A stretch of DNA of 63,928 bases, counting the filler, from Sluysia triapertura (lineage: Eukaryota): assembly GCA_046118255.1 (NCBI GenBank). It is 5 parts of 5 records of this genome, joined end to end, with 100 filler letters (N's around TTAATTAATTAA, not from the genome) between each part and the next. Parts side by side here need not be neighbours in the genome. Positions count along the whole stretch, not along the records: positions 11,022 to 23,771 come from JBJNIA010084032.1; positions 23,872 to 41,487 come from JBJNIA010186835.1; 3 more parts are not named here. The stretch is one strand, 5' to 3'. The translations under genes and the position numbers were made by a program. The notes below the pieces were generated by a model. The model worked only from the letters and a program-made list of their open reading frames with translations. It did no database searches and had not been told where the DNA came from. Shown here piece after piece: positions 14,610 through 28,700 of this stretch. The stretch's first letter is position 1, and every line of letters starts with the position of its first letter.

Positions 14610-15863
14610 ACATTGTGTGCATATGAACAGTCGCAGCATAGAGGCACCAACCAGACTTGCAGTGTGTGACCCATTATCCAGATTTGGTCGTATCAGTTTG
14701 AAGGATGTTCTGTTTTAAAGAACATTCTTCAATGAGTATACTGCCGCTGAGTGGACATTTTGGAGGCTTCCAATTTTTTATTTCTTGAATTATTTCCGGT
14801 TTTCTTAATAATTTAAACGCTTCAACATAGCATATTTGGAATCTATCATGTTGAATTCATTTTTTAATTTGCCACATATTGCAGTCATCTTGTAAACTCT
14901 TTAATGTTACATTCGAATCACGCTTATTAAAAAAATTACGCATTATAAATAAGTCACTTTTACTTAACTTAAAACGTTTGAGAATAATTTTTTACTTCGT
15001 TTTCATTAAAAATAATAATGGCACATCGAACATCATTTTTCTGTAAGTTTTGATAAAACTCACAAAATCATTCTCTTCAAACTTTCGCTTCAATATATCA
15101 CATGCATATCTACTTCTAACAACCTTACTCACTCCTCCCCAAACACGTTCACTACTAATATTTTTTACACCATCGAATTTTTGTTTAATATCGGATGAAG
15201 TTGCTTCAACTTGTGAATCGGATTGTTTCAGAATTCTTTGAAAATATCCAAAATATCGTAAAATACTTAAATAATCTTCTTGAATTCGATTAACACTGTT
15301 TCCAACAAAACGAATATTATTTTAGTGGCACCAAATTGATCATACATAAAATCATCTTCATCTAAAATTAAAGAGTTAATAGTTAAATCACGTTTTTCGA
15401 CATCTATTTTCCAATCTTTTGTAAATTGAACTTGTGCTCTGTGGCCATCAGTTACAACATCAAATCGTAAAGTAGTTATTTCAAAATTTTCTTTATCATT
15501 AATTCTTGGGGTTATTGTTGTGTGTGATTCAACAATTGTCATACCATTTATTAATTCTGTACGAGCTTTCAATCTAAGTTTCATACCATTGATGCTTTTG
15601 ATTTAAAAATCACAAAATTGAATTTTATTATTATTTTTGAAATTATATTGTCAACAAGAAAAATTTTTGACGAAAAGTCTTTTCGATATTGTGAATGACT
15701 GCCCAATCAAAACACAAAAAGCGAACGGTATTGATAATTTTTATTGCGCAGTCATCAAAATATTCAGAAACACTGAGAGATAATAAATGTAATGGGCTGT
15801 CATCAGTCGACAGTTTGTAAAGCAACATTAATTGATTAAAAATGCGTGTCGACTGATGGAAGG
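14610..15863 (-). mobile_element. piggyBac-like shell around the TRNT1 fragment (second end not found)
   Basis: Terminus TTAA|CCTTCCATCAGTCGACA on the minus strand at 15863, with a perfect 12-bp subterminal inverted repeat (15801-15812 / 15847-15858). Downstream of TRNT1 a frameshifted THCKS-LVPLCCDCSYAH resembles the piggyBac C-terminal Cys-rich domain. Confidence 0.5.
14720..15530 (-). pseudogene. TRNT1: CCA-adding tRNA nucleotidyltransferase (TRNT1-like) fragment; intronless, frameshifted, 5'-truncated
   Basis: Translations HTTITPRINDKENFEITTLRFDVVTDGHRAQVQFTKDWKIDVEKRDLTINS, then IRFVGNSVNRIQEDYLSILRYF, ISSERVW, and EIKNWKPPKCPLSG are collinear with animal TRNT1 (HGTITAR..ENFEITTLRIDV..DAERRDLTINS; RFVG..RIQEDYLRILRYF; ISGERIW; W..P.FPVSG). 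Catalytic motif A (GGxVRD/DxD) is absent. Confidence 0.9.
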
Positions 15864-15900
15864 TTAACTAATATGTAACTTTTTGTGTGTTGAATATATA

Positions 15901-15962
15901 ACCACTATCAGTAGTGACAATAACTGTAATTATGAATTAATGATGTCACCACTGGTAGTGGT
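15901..15962. repeat. Short fold-back / mini-MITE
   Basis: 19-bp arms accactatcagtagtgaca / tgtcaccactggtagtggt, 17 of 19 complementary. Confidence 0.7.
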
Positions 15963-16016
15963 AGTTACAAAGTTAGTAACTTAATAAAATAATGCAAAAT
16001 AAAATAATAATAGCAA

Positions 16017-16073
<57 letters not shown>

Positions 16074-18388
16074 TACTCTAAATACATAAACCTTTTGAAA
16101 ATTACATGATCTTTCTATATTTCTTTTATAATCTCAACATATTTGAAGTTCTTTTTGATTATTATGTTTTAAATTGATTTTATAATATGATTTTAATATT
16201 TTTCGATGATCTACAAGATTGAGTGTAGAAAAATTATGAACTTGAAATGTTTTGGATTAGTTTTAAATGTATATTTGATAGTTTAAGATGTAAATTGTAG
16301 TTTTAATGTTGTGAGATTATGAGTTAAAATGTCCTAATTGAAATTTAAATGAGCATTAATGATTTTGGATGTAAGCATGGTTTTGATGTAAGATTGTGAA
16401 TTTGAAATGTAAAAAGGTTTTTATATGTCTGAGGAAGTGAAATGTAAGATGTAAGAAAATGTGATATTTTGTATGAATTAATAGTTTGAATTCCAAGTGA
16501 AAGGTTGGTCACCACACTAGTCTTGGATTTACTAAGATTTATATTACGATTATATTGTTTTTAATTTTTAGTTTGTTCTTTATGAACAATGCATTATTAT
16601 AAAATCACAAAATCAATTATTTAATAATACATAAAAACAAGACGATTATAACAATGTGAACATAAAGCAAACTTTTCTTGATTAGGTATTAATATCAATA
16701 TTTTAATTTGTATAAAATCTGTTTGTGTACTCATTCATTTATAGCTTTCAATCTGATTTTCTATCTATTACCATATCTATTGGACTAAAATAGATTGCCT
16801 CTTTGACAAACTACCAATTAACTTTCACATTTATTATCTACTAATTTTTCATCTTCCTAAAACTTTAAATATTTTAGTTATAATTAACGATTCGTTTAAT
16901 ATCTATTTTTATGTAATTTGTACTTCTAATAATATGTACTTAAAAATTTCCTTTATTATCAATGATTAAAAATGTTTAAAGGTTTTATTTTTGAATTGTA
17001 AGCATGATCAAAAGTCCAACATTTTCTGATGCATTTCACTAAAACAATTTCTTTGCTATTACATCTACACTGTATTCTTTCCACATATTCATTTAATTAT
17101 TAATATATTTTAATTAAAGTGGAATCCGGTTCGACTACAAAGTACTCCTTGATCGGATTCAGTCGAATTATATTTCATATTTAAAATGTGTGAACATTTT
17201 ATTAAATGGCTCCTATAAAATGTTTTTTAATTATTTTTTAAACAAGTTAATTAAATTAATTAATTAAATATTTTAAAGTTTTTAAGTCTAAGAACCTCTT
17301 GACCTTGTAAAAAGTTAAGTGTTCAAGCAGTTGCACTCCTTACTTATTACCTAACTACTTTATTATTTTTATTATTCTCTAGTCAGAATGAATGTATTGG
17401 ATTGGCCATAAGAATAAGTTTAGTGTCTCGAGTGCACAAGTAACCAACCTTTACATTATTTATTATTTACTTACGCTAGAATGCAATATTTATTTATTAT
17501 TTCCCCAAAAAAGGCTGTGCCGTCAACGTAACACCACTTACCAGTTTGAAAAAATTTGTCCTCAAATTCAAAATAAAATTAGAGAGAAATAAAAATACAC
17601 ATTAGAAATTTATATTCATAATTATTATTAAAACACATTTTAATCGTGAATTGTAAGTATAAACAAAATTCTTATGCGGGACCACATTTTTATAGACAAT
17701 AGCCGTCATCATCAAAGTCTACACCGCGCAATTGTTCACGAGATATCGGTGATAAATTAAAACTAGTTATTATTAAGTGGAAGTCATAAAAGTCTTCCAA
17801 AATGTTTGTTGATGTAGCCGTCTACGAAAGTGAGGGAAATGTGCAGTTATAGATAAAGAAAATCAAACAAAAAAAGATATAATTAGAAAGTTCAAGATAA
17901 TTACACATTACTTACATAACCTACGTAATATATTTATCAAGAGAAAAGACTAAGGTTTGAAAAAGTTTGCCTTATAAACGTTTCAATTCCCGCTTCAGCC
18001 TATTTCGTTTTTTGATTAAGTCAGGTCGGAGAGGTTTGGAATAGGAAGTTTTACCAAAGCCGGTTTAGGTATAGAAGAAACATCAATAATAATAATATGA
18101 AATCAAACTTTAAGAGCATAAAATCCGATTAATATTATCCTGAAAACCAGATTTAGAATATTATAATGTAAATGTATAATTATGTACATTATATAAATTG
18201 TAATTATGTAAATGTAAATTAATGTAATATTTAAAAAAATTAAATAATAAGGAAAATGGTTGTTTAGTAATTTAATATTTTAATTATTATTATTGTATTA
18301 ATATTTTAGTATTTTTATTTTATTATTGTATCAATATTAAATTATTTTACTTTATTAAATTATTTAATATCATTATTATTACTGTAAA

Positions 18389-18451
<63 letters not shown>

Positions 18452-20691
18452 CTAGTATCATCAAGTATTAGTCACAAATAAAGTACAGCAATAAAATTTT
18501 ATGCTCAAAGGTCAAGTGACCTTAACAATTGAAAAAGTATAAATAGCTGAAGCTATTTAGTTAATTAGTTTCACAAGTTATTATTATTACACAAGTTATT
18601 TTGTATCATTAACAATCTATATCAATTTTAAGTCTTATAGAATTTTTGAAGATTTTATACATTTTACACAATACGTGAATTTCTTGAGAAAACCTTAATA
18701 TTACAAATTTGTTTAAAAGGAATTCCTGCTTCTGAATTATAGTTTTAAACTGTTAGTTTATGATTATTAAGACCACATTTTAACTAATAAAAATTTAATT
18801 GATAATATAAAATATCTATTAACGTGCAAAGGAAACTTATTAATGAAAAAAATAATTAATATAATACCTCGATCTTCATTATAAATCCGAAACATTAAAG
18901 TGATAATTTACAAGATATCATATTATATTTTAAAAACATCCGTATATTAAAATTATTAATTTAAAGACACTATTAAAAAAATTTTCGATATTGATTAGTG
19001 TAATATCTTATTTCGTATAATTATTATTGAAGTTGTTTTAACAACTAAATTTTTTCTTTTAACATTATTAATATAGTCCATAACTTTATTGTTTTCTTTT
19101 TTGTGATATTGATAAACCGTGTTCGCATTTGATAATTCCAAACGAAAAAAGCATTGTTATTCGTTTAATTTACGAAGTTTTAAAAAAGAAAAATCACTTA
19201 TAAGATCCACATACTTTCTCACAGATAAATTTCATAACTTTAAAATTAATTCTTAACTCATATTAACAGTCAAGTAAAATTATAATAAAACATTCAACTT
19301 AATAAATCTAATTTTATCTAATAGATCTTTTTAGATCACACAAACTAATCGAAAATATAATCTCGCTAATACTAGAGGACATACATAATCGTAAACATTA
19401 TTTTTAACCTCCACTATTTCTAATTTTCTTTAACGCGGATATCAGTGCATCAGCCCTGAAGTGTGTAAGCACGGTGGCATAGAGGACTCAAGTATATAAG
19501 CACATGGATAAAAAATAAAATTAAATATATTTACAAAATTCTCACAATATGTAAGATAAAATCATATTAAGTTGAGATTAAATAGAACAAGTATGTAATC
19601 AAAAATTAATAACATTATTTTCGATCAAAATTAATAGAATAGGCAAAGATTATATGTAATCAAAATTTAAAAGTATTATTATCGATTAAAATTACTTTAA
19701 ATTTTGATTCAATAAAAATAATGAAAAATCAAAATTTAACAAGATAATTCAGACTAGAAAGATTGAATATACCAAATTAATATCAAAAAAAACTAAATCA
19801 TTGACTAAAACTATATGTACATATTATTTGATTAATTTAACTATGATAAACTATACATACTTATTATTTGATTATTATGATAGATGAATTATGTGTTAAT
19901 TAATTATTATGATAGACTATATTATAATATTTGATTTATGATGAATTATATGTTGAATCTATCATTGTAATTATATCATTGTAATTATTAATACAATTAT
20001 TATAAACTAAATTACATAATGTTAATCAGTGTAAAAGTAAAAAATAAAAAAATCCAGAACGCAAGAAAAAATAACAAGTGCATTTGCGAGATAGCAAGTT
20101 GACAAATTTCATTTTTAATAAGTTATTGAAGTACATTTACGAATTCGATAATTCAGTAATTTGTGTAGCAGTTTACTTATTAAAATCAAATTATTTATTT
20201 ACTTACTCTAGTAAGCAATGTTTTATAAAATTTTATGTTTAATTGTTTTTAAAATTATTAGTTTTTATTAATTATTATTATTTCCCCAAATGGGGCTGTG
20301 AACCCGTCAACCTAACAAATTTTTATCCAAAAATTCACATAGAATAAATGAAAAGGTTAATATGCTAGTACCTACAACATTTACTAAGGCTTAATTATGA
20401 ATAAATGGTGGATTCAATTTTAATTTGATTAGCAATATCATTTATTACTTTACTAAATAGTTTAGAAGTAGGGTAATAAGTAAGATAAATTTATCACGCC
20501 ACGGTAGTCCTAGGATTAAAAATGTAATTAATTTTGTTATTCTCAAAATCTTAAGTTTATTGGTACAATGTGTCAAAGAGCAAAGCAAAGAATTTAAAAA
20601 TAAAAATAAATTGTATGCAAGTATATGTGTTTAATCGATTTAATATGTTTCTATAATTTATAGCTAATTCTAAAAATAAAAGCTTATTTTG

Positions 20692-20758
<67 letters not shown>

Positions 20759-23700
20759 GGTTATTAAAAAGAATTAAGAAATAAAATAATAAATTCTAAA
20801 CAAAATATTCTTTTCTTTAAAATATTTAAAATTTGTAAGTCAAGGTCATTAAGAAACAAATAAAGTTACATTTTCACAAGTAATTCACAAGTTATTTTCA
20901 AATCTAACACGCACAAGTTGCTCTTCAAATCTTTGGATAAGTTGATATATCTTATTAATCTATATTGGAGAAGAGAAATTAATACATTTTTGGAGAATTT
21001 TCAATTAAAGATCTTCAACAGCACCGACTATTTCTTTTGATATTGTTAATTTGATTATTTTAAGATAACTATTTTAAGTAGTTAGTAATCTTCACACGTA
21101 ACTTAGTTAAGAAATTTTTGCACCCCTTTTTAAGAGTGGTGATTATTAAATAAAATCGAATATTGTAGATTATATGATAATTTTAGTAAATTTCTATAAC
21201 TACATATACATAATATTGTAAAAACTTTTTATTTTTATTAATTATAATATATTTTGTTTATTTTAAAATTTCTCAAAGTAAGGTCACCGATTTTACTCGG
21301 ACGAAAAATCCAGTTAAATAATAATTGAAAAAAATAATTAGTAAGGCTTACTGTTTTTGAGATACGGTAGTAAATTACTACTAAAGATAAAATTTGTGAA
21401 TTAAATTAAACCTCATTTAACTTATTTGTGATTTAGCACAATATTTAATAAAATTTGAAAGAATCTAACAGACGCTACATAAACCATTATAAATAAGCCT
21501 TTTCAAAATATGTGTTTGTACTTCCATACAACTTAGCCCTTAAGTGAGTAAGTCTAAGATTGTAAGGGGCTCACAGCATAATATCAGCAAATGAAAGGGA
21601 CAAATTGACCAAGTAGCTGTCATGACGATACAACTTGTGGTTAATTTATTCTTAATGTGAATAAAAGCTTTATTTTCAACAAATCCAAAGAACAAAGAAT
21701 TTTTAGTATCATTAAGCGCGAACAAAAAAAATGAATCTTCAACAAATAACAGGAATATCTTTTTAGAGCAGCCGTTGTCACTATTTATCATGCATATTGA
21801 TGACAATTCCATCACCTGATGCATTACAATTTTTAAAACAAATGTAGTTTTCTCCATGTAATAATCGAATGTTTGAAAATAAAATTGTTATACTTTAATT
21901 GAATGTTTGAAAATTATTAAACGATTGTATAATAAGATGAATTAACAAAATAACTGTAAAGAATGCTGAAAGCGACTGTATGAATTCCAAATGGTGAGCC
22001 ATATTAAATGGGAATGTTTACTGTTTAATCTGATTGTATGTGAATGTACAGTAATGTTTGATTGAAACTAATAAAAATTATAGAATGATTAGTAATAAAA
22101 TAAAATTATGCTTTTGTTGAATTTAATAATTGATATTTATTAATTTAGATGTACGTTGAATAATGATTTAATTTTATGCTGATAATTTTAATCTACAATA
22201 AAAGTAAAAATAAAATTAATGATTTTGTACACTGGCTGAAATTGAAATTAATAATTTTAAGTACCTACTTATTGTCACAATGTCTGGTGAGAAAGCCTGA
22301 ATTTGAATGTTTGAATATGTCGAGTTTTGAGTTTACTTTATCTTTTTTATGTTGAGTTTGATTTTATGCATATTTGTATGACTTTGATATAAATTTATTT
22401 ATTTATATTTTTATTTTATATAAAAGATTGTATAATAATTGTATAATAACAATTAATAATATTAATATTGTGATTAATATTTTAGTATAATAATAATTTT
22501 CAGATTTTGTTTTATTATAACGATAATAATAATATTCAAATCTTGTATATTAATTATAATAAAAGTGCAGCACTATCATTAGAAGTAAACCTTTAAGGTC
22601 AAAATTTCAGTATATAAATAATAGCAAACTAATTTTTACACACAACAGCATACCAAATTTTATTGAATTTATTTTAAACAAGCTTAACGCCAGTGAACAT
22701 ATACGAGCTTTTTGAATTTTGTAAGTCTAATTTCGGAAGAATCGATTATTTATTGACAATTTAATTGAATATGAGTTCTTAAACGGACAAACTATTTCTC
22801 GCAACAAAGTAATCGTTATTTTATCATTCCTAAGCTTTTAACACGATTTTACATAACATGTAGTAACTTCGTAATGAAAATCACTTGATTTGATATACTT
22901 TTTAATAGTTGTAAATAAATTCGAAATTTAAAATCAAGTAATACTAGGATTACTAATTGCACCAAATAATCTTGTAACTTGATATACTTATATATTATTA
23001 TTATTAACAATAATTGTTTAACCCTGTGTATTTTTGATTAATGTAAGTTTATCATTCAGAATTCTAATCCTTGTCTATTTTTAAAACATTTAATAGAAAA
23101 ATTCAAGTTTTATTGATGGATCAGAGATAAAATCTTCCATAAATTCTATAGATTTAAATTATCCAGAAAATTGTCACTTATCAGGTATTTTCGGTATATA
23201 GAACCGAATATTAAACTACACAATTTAAAACATTTAAACTACATATTTTACATAAAACACATTCTATAACTAATCTCGCTGTACAGCGGATCAATAATCC
23301 TTTCAGTAAGTTAAGGTTATAAACTAAACGAAATCTCGTACATATATGCGGATCAGGAGTATCATATACAATAAACAACCTAGTTCGATTTTATGGTGGT
23401 TCAACCAATATTTAAAATTTTCACATACACAAATAAACACAAAACATGTACACAATCACTTAAATACTTAAATGATCATGCATATGTCAATAATCATTAT
23501 GATAAAGTAAAACTTAATGTTTACGTACTGAAAAACTTTACGTACCATGACATTAGTAACCAAGTTTATTTCAATAAATATGACGATGAACCTGAACTTA
23601 ATGTTGTCATACTAAAAGAGGATACTTATAATGATGCTTATGTAGTGGACAACCCCATAATTTAAGATCAAAATAAATCTCATTAAAATAACCATACTCA

Positions 23701-23771
23701 CAACCATACCTTTCAAACATAAACATCACTCAATTCATTTCATAAAACAATAATACACAACCTTAGCATTT

Positions 23772-23871
23772 NNNNNNNNNNNNNNNNNNNNNNNNNNNNN
23801 NNNNNNNNNNNNNNNTTAATTAATTAANNNNNNNNNNNNNNNNNNNNNNNNNNNNNNNNNNNNNNNNNNNN
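23772..23871. other. Artificial contig linker
   Basis: 44N-TTAATTAATTAA-44N. Confidence 0.98.
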
Positions 23872-24484
23872 TTATTGAAAATTCATGAAAAATTATACAT
23901 TTTTTATTAATTTTGAAATTAACACTAACACAAGTGGCGCCAGCTTTTTAATGGCTTTTATCACATGTATTTCATGTAATCTCTCAAATAAATTTATATT
24001 CGCAAAAATGCGCTCACGGGCGGTTAATAGTAAAGTTTACCCTCATTAAATCGAAGTTTAAAATATAATAAAATGAAAAGTTAAGTGGATTTTTGGATTT
24101 CGACTCCAAGAGCCAAAATTACCTTAACAATAAAATAACTTAAAGTAAAAATTTTCCAGTTATTTATGCTATTTTTTAAGCTACCAAATACCAAGTTTAT
24201 TTTTATGAAAATACTAACTTTACTAAATGATACTAAAATTTTGTCCCTGTTTTCAAAAATTTTATTGTGCTAATATATATACCAGTTAGCATGTAATGAA
24301 AATTGAAGAGAAAACTAACTCTATTTTTGTATGTTTAAAGATTTTAATGGGAACCTCAATTACATTATATTTATCCAGTATTTTTATTACTACTTTGATC
24401 GAAATCCATCCTCCTATCAGACTTACCTTCTTTCTTGGTAACCCTTCATTTTTATAAAATCTTCGTTAAATTTGTTAGATTTTA

Positions 24485-24545
24485 ATTTTCTGCAATTCCT
24501 AGCACAATACCCATGTGTACCGCAATTGACAAATCACATCCCTTG
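24485..24545 (-). mobile_element. Gag zinc-knuckle relic
   Basis: DVIC-NCGTHGYCARNCR, a degenerate and frameshifted CX2CX4HX4C. Confidence 0.45.
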
Positions 24546-25200
24546 CTGTGTTAGTTTGAGTCATAACTATTGTTAAATTTTTGCATCACCATAAGTGCCG
24601 TTATTTACTTTATATTTAAGATTAAAATCAATTTAATTCATTCTACTATAAACTTATACTAATTCAATATCTAACTCATAACTTCATCAATATTCAATAA
24701 ACATTAATATCCTAAATCTAAATCAGGTAACTTATTATCAAAATGAACCCATACGACATAATGCACGTAAAAATTAATTCAGATTTATCAATATACTTAA
24801 ATTCAAATAATCGAAACTTATGTAAACTTAAATTGATTTTTAACTTTAACAAATTAATTTAAATTTGTTGCAATTCTAAATTAAAAATTCAAAACAAAAC
24901 TTAACCTCAGTAATGTATATATTAAAATTACTCATTTTATTTCAGGGACACTGATAATAGCCAAACTAGAAAACTTATTCGTATTACTTTACCGAACTAT
25001 TTGGATGAAAATGACCTTAATAACTTAGAAGTCAATTTTGATCTTAAAATTTCGACTATTTAATTTTAAATAAATTCTTGATTTATTATTTTAAAAGCTA
25101 TTTTATTAATAACTTAAATTTTATTTTTAGTTGATTTGTTTTACCAAATTTAGACTTAGTTTTTCCTATTGAAATTTTTAATTATGCGTGAAAGGTTAAT

Positions 25201-25730
25201 ATGATTAGAATAAGAATTGATAGTTTTAAGAAAGTACGCGGTGGAAATAAGGAGTCATACACAGTATTTAATTAATTTTAATTTGTATTTAACTTGGTTT
25301 TAGGCTTATCAGATAGATGTTTGGATTAATAATGAATACAGTCACAGCGTTGATCGTCGTTTTAGTGAATTTGAAAAATTGCACAAAAAAGTAATTAGGC
25401 ATAATATATGAATTAAAATTTAGATAATATCTTTACAATTATCAAATAATTTTGATTCTTTAAGATTACCATCAAAAACAGTTTTGAAGTATTCAAGTAA
25501 AATTTTAGAACAACGTAAGAATAAATTTGAACAATATTTAATGGTAAGTAAAATATAATTTCCTTTGAAGGAAAACAATTTTTATTTAGCACTTGTTGAA
25601 TCAGTGTCAGTTTTGTATACCAAACGAAATTCTTCATTTTTTGAATTGTGAACATATTTATAATGAAGAAGTAAATAATGCTGAGTTAGTTATATATTTA
25701 ATTACATGATTATTATTATTTAGTCGCTAA
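25201..25730 (+). CDS. PX-only sorting nexin, SNX22/SNX24-like; exons 25201-25263, 25304-25390, 25424-25543, 25590-25684 and (tentative) 25724-25730
   Basis: Spliced product MIRIRIDSFKKVRGGNKESYT|AYQIDVWINNEYSHSVDRRFSEFEKLHKK|IISLQLSNNFDSLRLPSKTVLKYSSKILEQRKNKFEQYLM|HLLNQCQFCIPNEILHFLNC... contains the PX motifs RRFSEF..LH, LPSK and LEQRK...EQYL. All introns are GT-AG (40, 33, 46, 39 nt) and restore the frame. Confidence 0.9.
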
Positions 25731-28700
25731 TTTTATTTAAAAAGTTAGTTTTTGTCATGGTGTTGTGGTTATTGTGTTGTTTATTTGCATTTATTAATCA
25801 TTTATGGATCGGATTTTTTTTAAGTAAATTTTTTACAAAATAAAGTTATAAAAGTACTTCAATGTATTCTTTAAAGCAAGGGTCTACATAAAATCCATCA
25901 ATGCAATTATTATTTTAAAACGCATAGTTTTTTGTTACTATCCTTTATGTAGTTGTAAAACACTTCCGCCTCGATGCCTAGAAGAGAGTCGAAAATATGC
26001 CTCTATCGAAAATCCGTCAACTTTATTGATCCTGCTTGTAGTGAATTGCGCGAAAATGTAGTTTATCAATTGTAGGAATTATTCGATCAATGAAATTATT
26101 ATCTTGATCTTCATGTTCTTTGATGCCTGCATCGAAAAGAATGGATAACAAATAACCATTAGTTTTCTACTCAGGATCATATATTATCTACCACAGTTAA
26201 GTTTATCGTTTGAAAATATAAGAATCAATGAATTAATTGAAAAATTGCGAATTGATACTGAAAAACAGTGAATTAAAATGACACATCTTTTTGTATTGAG
26301 TGAAATGTGTATTATTGATGGATTTGTTGAAAAATTTCCATATTCATGATTAAAAATGGAGAGAAAGCAGGAATAATTTGGTTTTATTTGTATTATGGTC
26401 TCTAAATGATTAAGTGTTGCATGTTTAAAACTTGAGTGCAAATTTTATAATTATTCAATGTTTTTGTTACTATTAAATGTAATTTTATGCTTTTAATATT
26501 TATAAAATTATTAAGAAGGTTGAAATGGCAAAGGTGATATTTCAAGATATTTCAATCTTCAAATACTAAAAGTAACTCCAATTTTCATTAATTATTAAAA
26601 TGAAAATGAGTTTCTAAATCTGACCAGTTCAGTGCATTTTATTTGAATTGAGTATTTTGTGTTATTTTAGAAAAGTTTTATTTTTCTATCTAGTTCCAAT
26701 CAACAGATACATTTTGAACATTTTAATCTATTGTACTTTCAAAAAATCAACTTACTTTTCCATTTTTTGCAGGTTTTTTTCGGTATTAGACATTTTAGAT
26801 AAAATTTAGGTTAACCATAATTATGGTTGTAGTCAGTCTTTCTACCTGAAGAAATCCGACTTATCACAAGAAAGCTTCTTCGAGATTTAGATTACTTAGT
26901 TACTTATTTTCAGTTATTGTTGAACATTAATTGATACTTAAGTTCATGAAAGGATCAAGAACTTGAGTTCCAATGCCTCCAATGTTAAGGGGTATGTTCG
27001 AGAACTTTTAGCTCAACTAAATCACTGTTGTTTGGGAATTAAGTGTTATAGTGATTATAAGCAAACTTGTTCTGAATATTGTGATTATAACCAAACCAAA
27101 AATATTCTGAATTAATTGATCACAATATGACGTAATTAATTGAAATAGAACCAATAAGAAGTTTTTTAATCCACTTATAAAATAAAATAATTCAATAAAG
27201 TGGTGTTACTATTTGAAAACAATAATCAACATTAGCGATTTCTCCTGTATATTAAATTTTTATTCAATGTTTTATTGTTTCAATGAGATGCTCCAAGCAC
27301 TATAAGTAACATTATTGTTGTGATAAATCGCTTATTTTCAATTTACAAGTTGTAATATTATTGTGTTCATTATCTTCGTTTCAATTTTACTTACAAATAA
27401 ACTATTTAAACTATCGTGTCATTATACATTTGATTTTATATATACGCCGAGATAGACCAAGAAAGACCTTGTAAATTTCGTATTCTTAAAACGTCTTGAA
27501 AATGGTGAAGGTCTTAATCTAGAAAGAGTTGTTGAATATTCAATTAATTATTAAAAATATAAATTTATAAATTTGTATTTATATTATAATTATGAATTAT
27601 GTAACTTTTCTAATTGTGAATCTCTATTTTCATTTACTAATTAATGGAATAAACAATGAATTCCTTGTTACTATTTTTAATACTTTATTACGATTTTCAT
27701 TTCATACATTTCAGACAAATTCTGCCGCTTTCTTCGAACACGAATTCGATATTGTACAATCCAGTATCTCTATCAGAAATTTCCTATTTTGGTAGGTTAT
27801 ATATATAAATTAATTTTAATTTATCTTACATTTGAATTACCCTAATACGAAGATTTACGTTGTAAAGACATTTGTAATTATTAAGTAATACTATAATGAT
27901 CCTCAAAACAAAACTTCATTATATACTGCGAGAATTTTACGAATGTTTTATACTGATGTTTTACAAAGTCGCTACTATAAATAAATGTAAAAATAATTAA
28001 TTCTGTAAATGTTTGTTTTTTGTTACTTCTGAAGGAAGTAAAAATCTAATTTATTTTACTATGTTTTTAAAAGCATTTGTCGTTCTTTTGATTAGTTTTC
28101 TGAACCACTTTAAAATTACACACACCTGTAAACCTCTAAAATTTTTTCGGTGAATCATAATATGAAAATATTACAGATGTTTTGGTAATTTAATTATATT
28201 ATACAAATGCGCTATTTCTTAATCAGTATAATTCTTTTCACGCATTTCTAACTTTTTTGTTCTCTCGCTATTGGTTTTATTTATTTCGTGGCTTAAATTT
28301 AGCTTTATCATTGAATATTCTCTGAAGGCATTGACTCTAAATCAATGGGAAAATAACTTATATAAACGAAATCTTCTTTCACAGTTAATTAAGTTATAAT
28401 TAATAAATATAATAATTGTAATAATTATCCGTAGGTTGGTTTTTTGAGCAAAACACATCGGCTTAACTCTACTATGGTTTTATTTGTCTTAATGGAAATT
28501 AAAAATTTAAGACCAATGTTTAAATCTTTTAAACTATATATAGTATTTTTATTGTGGCCATGAAAGTTGGTTACATTTTATTTTACATTATGTAATTTGA
28601 AGCCGGCTTAAATCCTGGCGAAACTAAATGTACTAATTTTAAGGGATCTATTAACCTTTAAAGAGAATTAACCTTTAAATAAAAAATTAACGAAATTCTG

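Noticed and set aside
14530-15241. Plus-strand ORFs 14530-14718 and 15050-15241
   Set aside because: Antisense shadows of the minus-strand TRNT1/piggyBac relic.
17120-17160. Hairpin containing GGTTCGA (B-box-like); also tRNA-like bits at about 20498 and 24095
   Set aside because: No cloverleaf and no correctly spaced A+B box pair.
21540-21857. 105-aa minus-strand ORF
   Set aside because: No motif, splice structure or homology recognised.
24946-25061. Exon-like segment DTDNSQTRKLIRITLPNYLDENDLNNLE upstream of the SNX gene
   Set aside because: Good acceptor, but it could not be joined in frame to SNX or any other exon, and no family was recognised.
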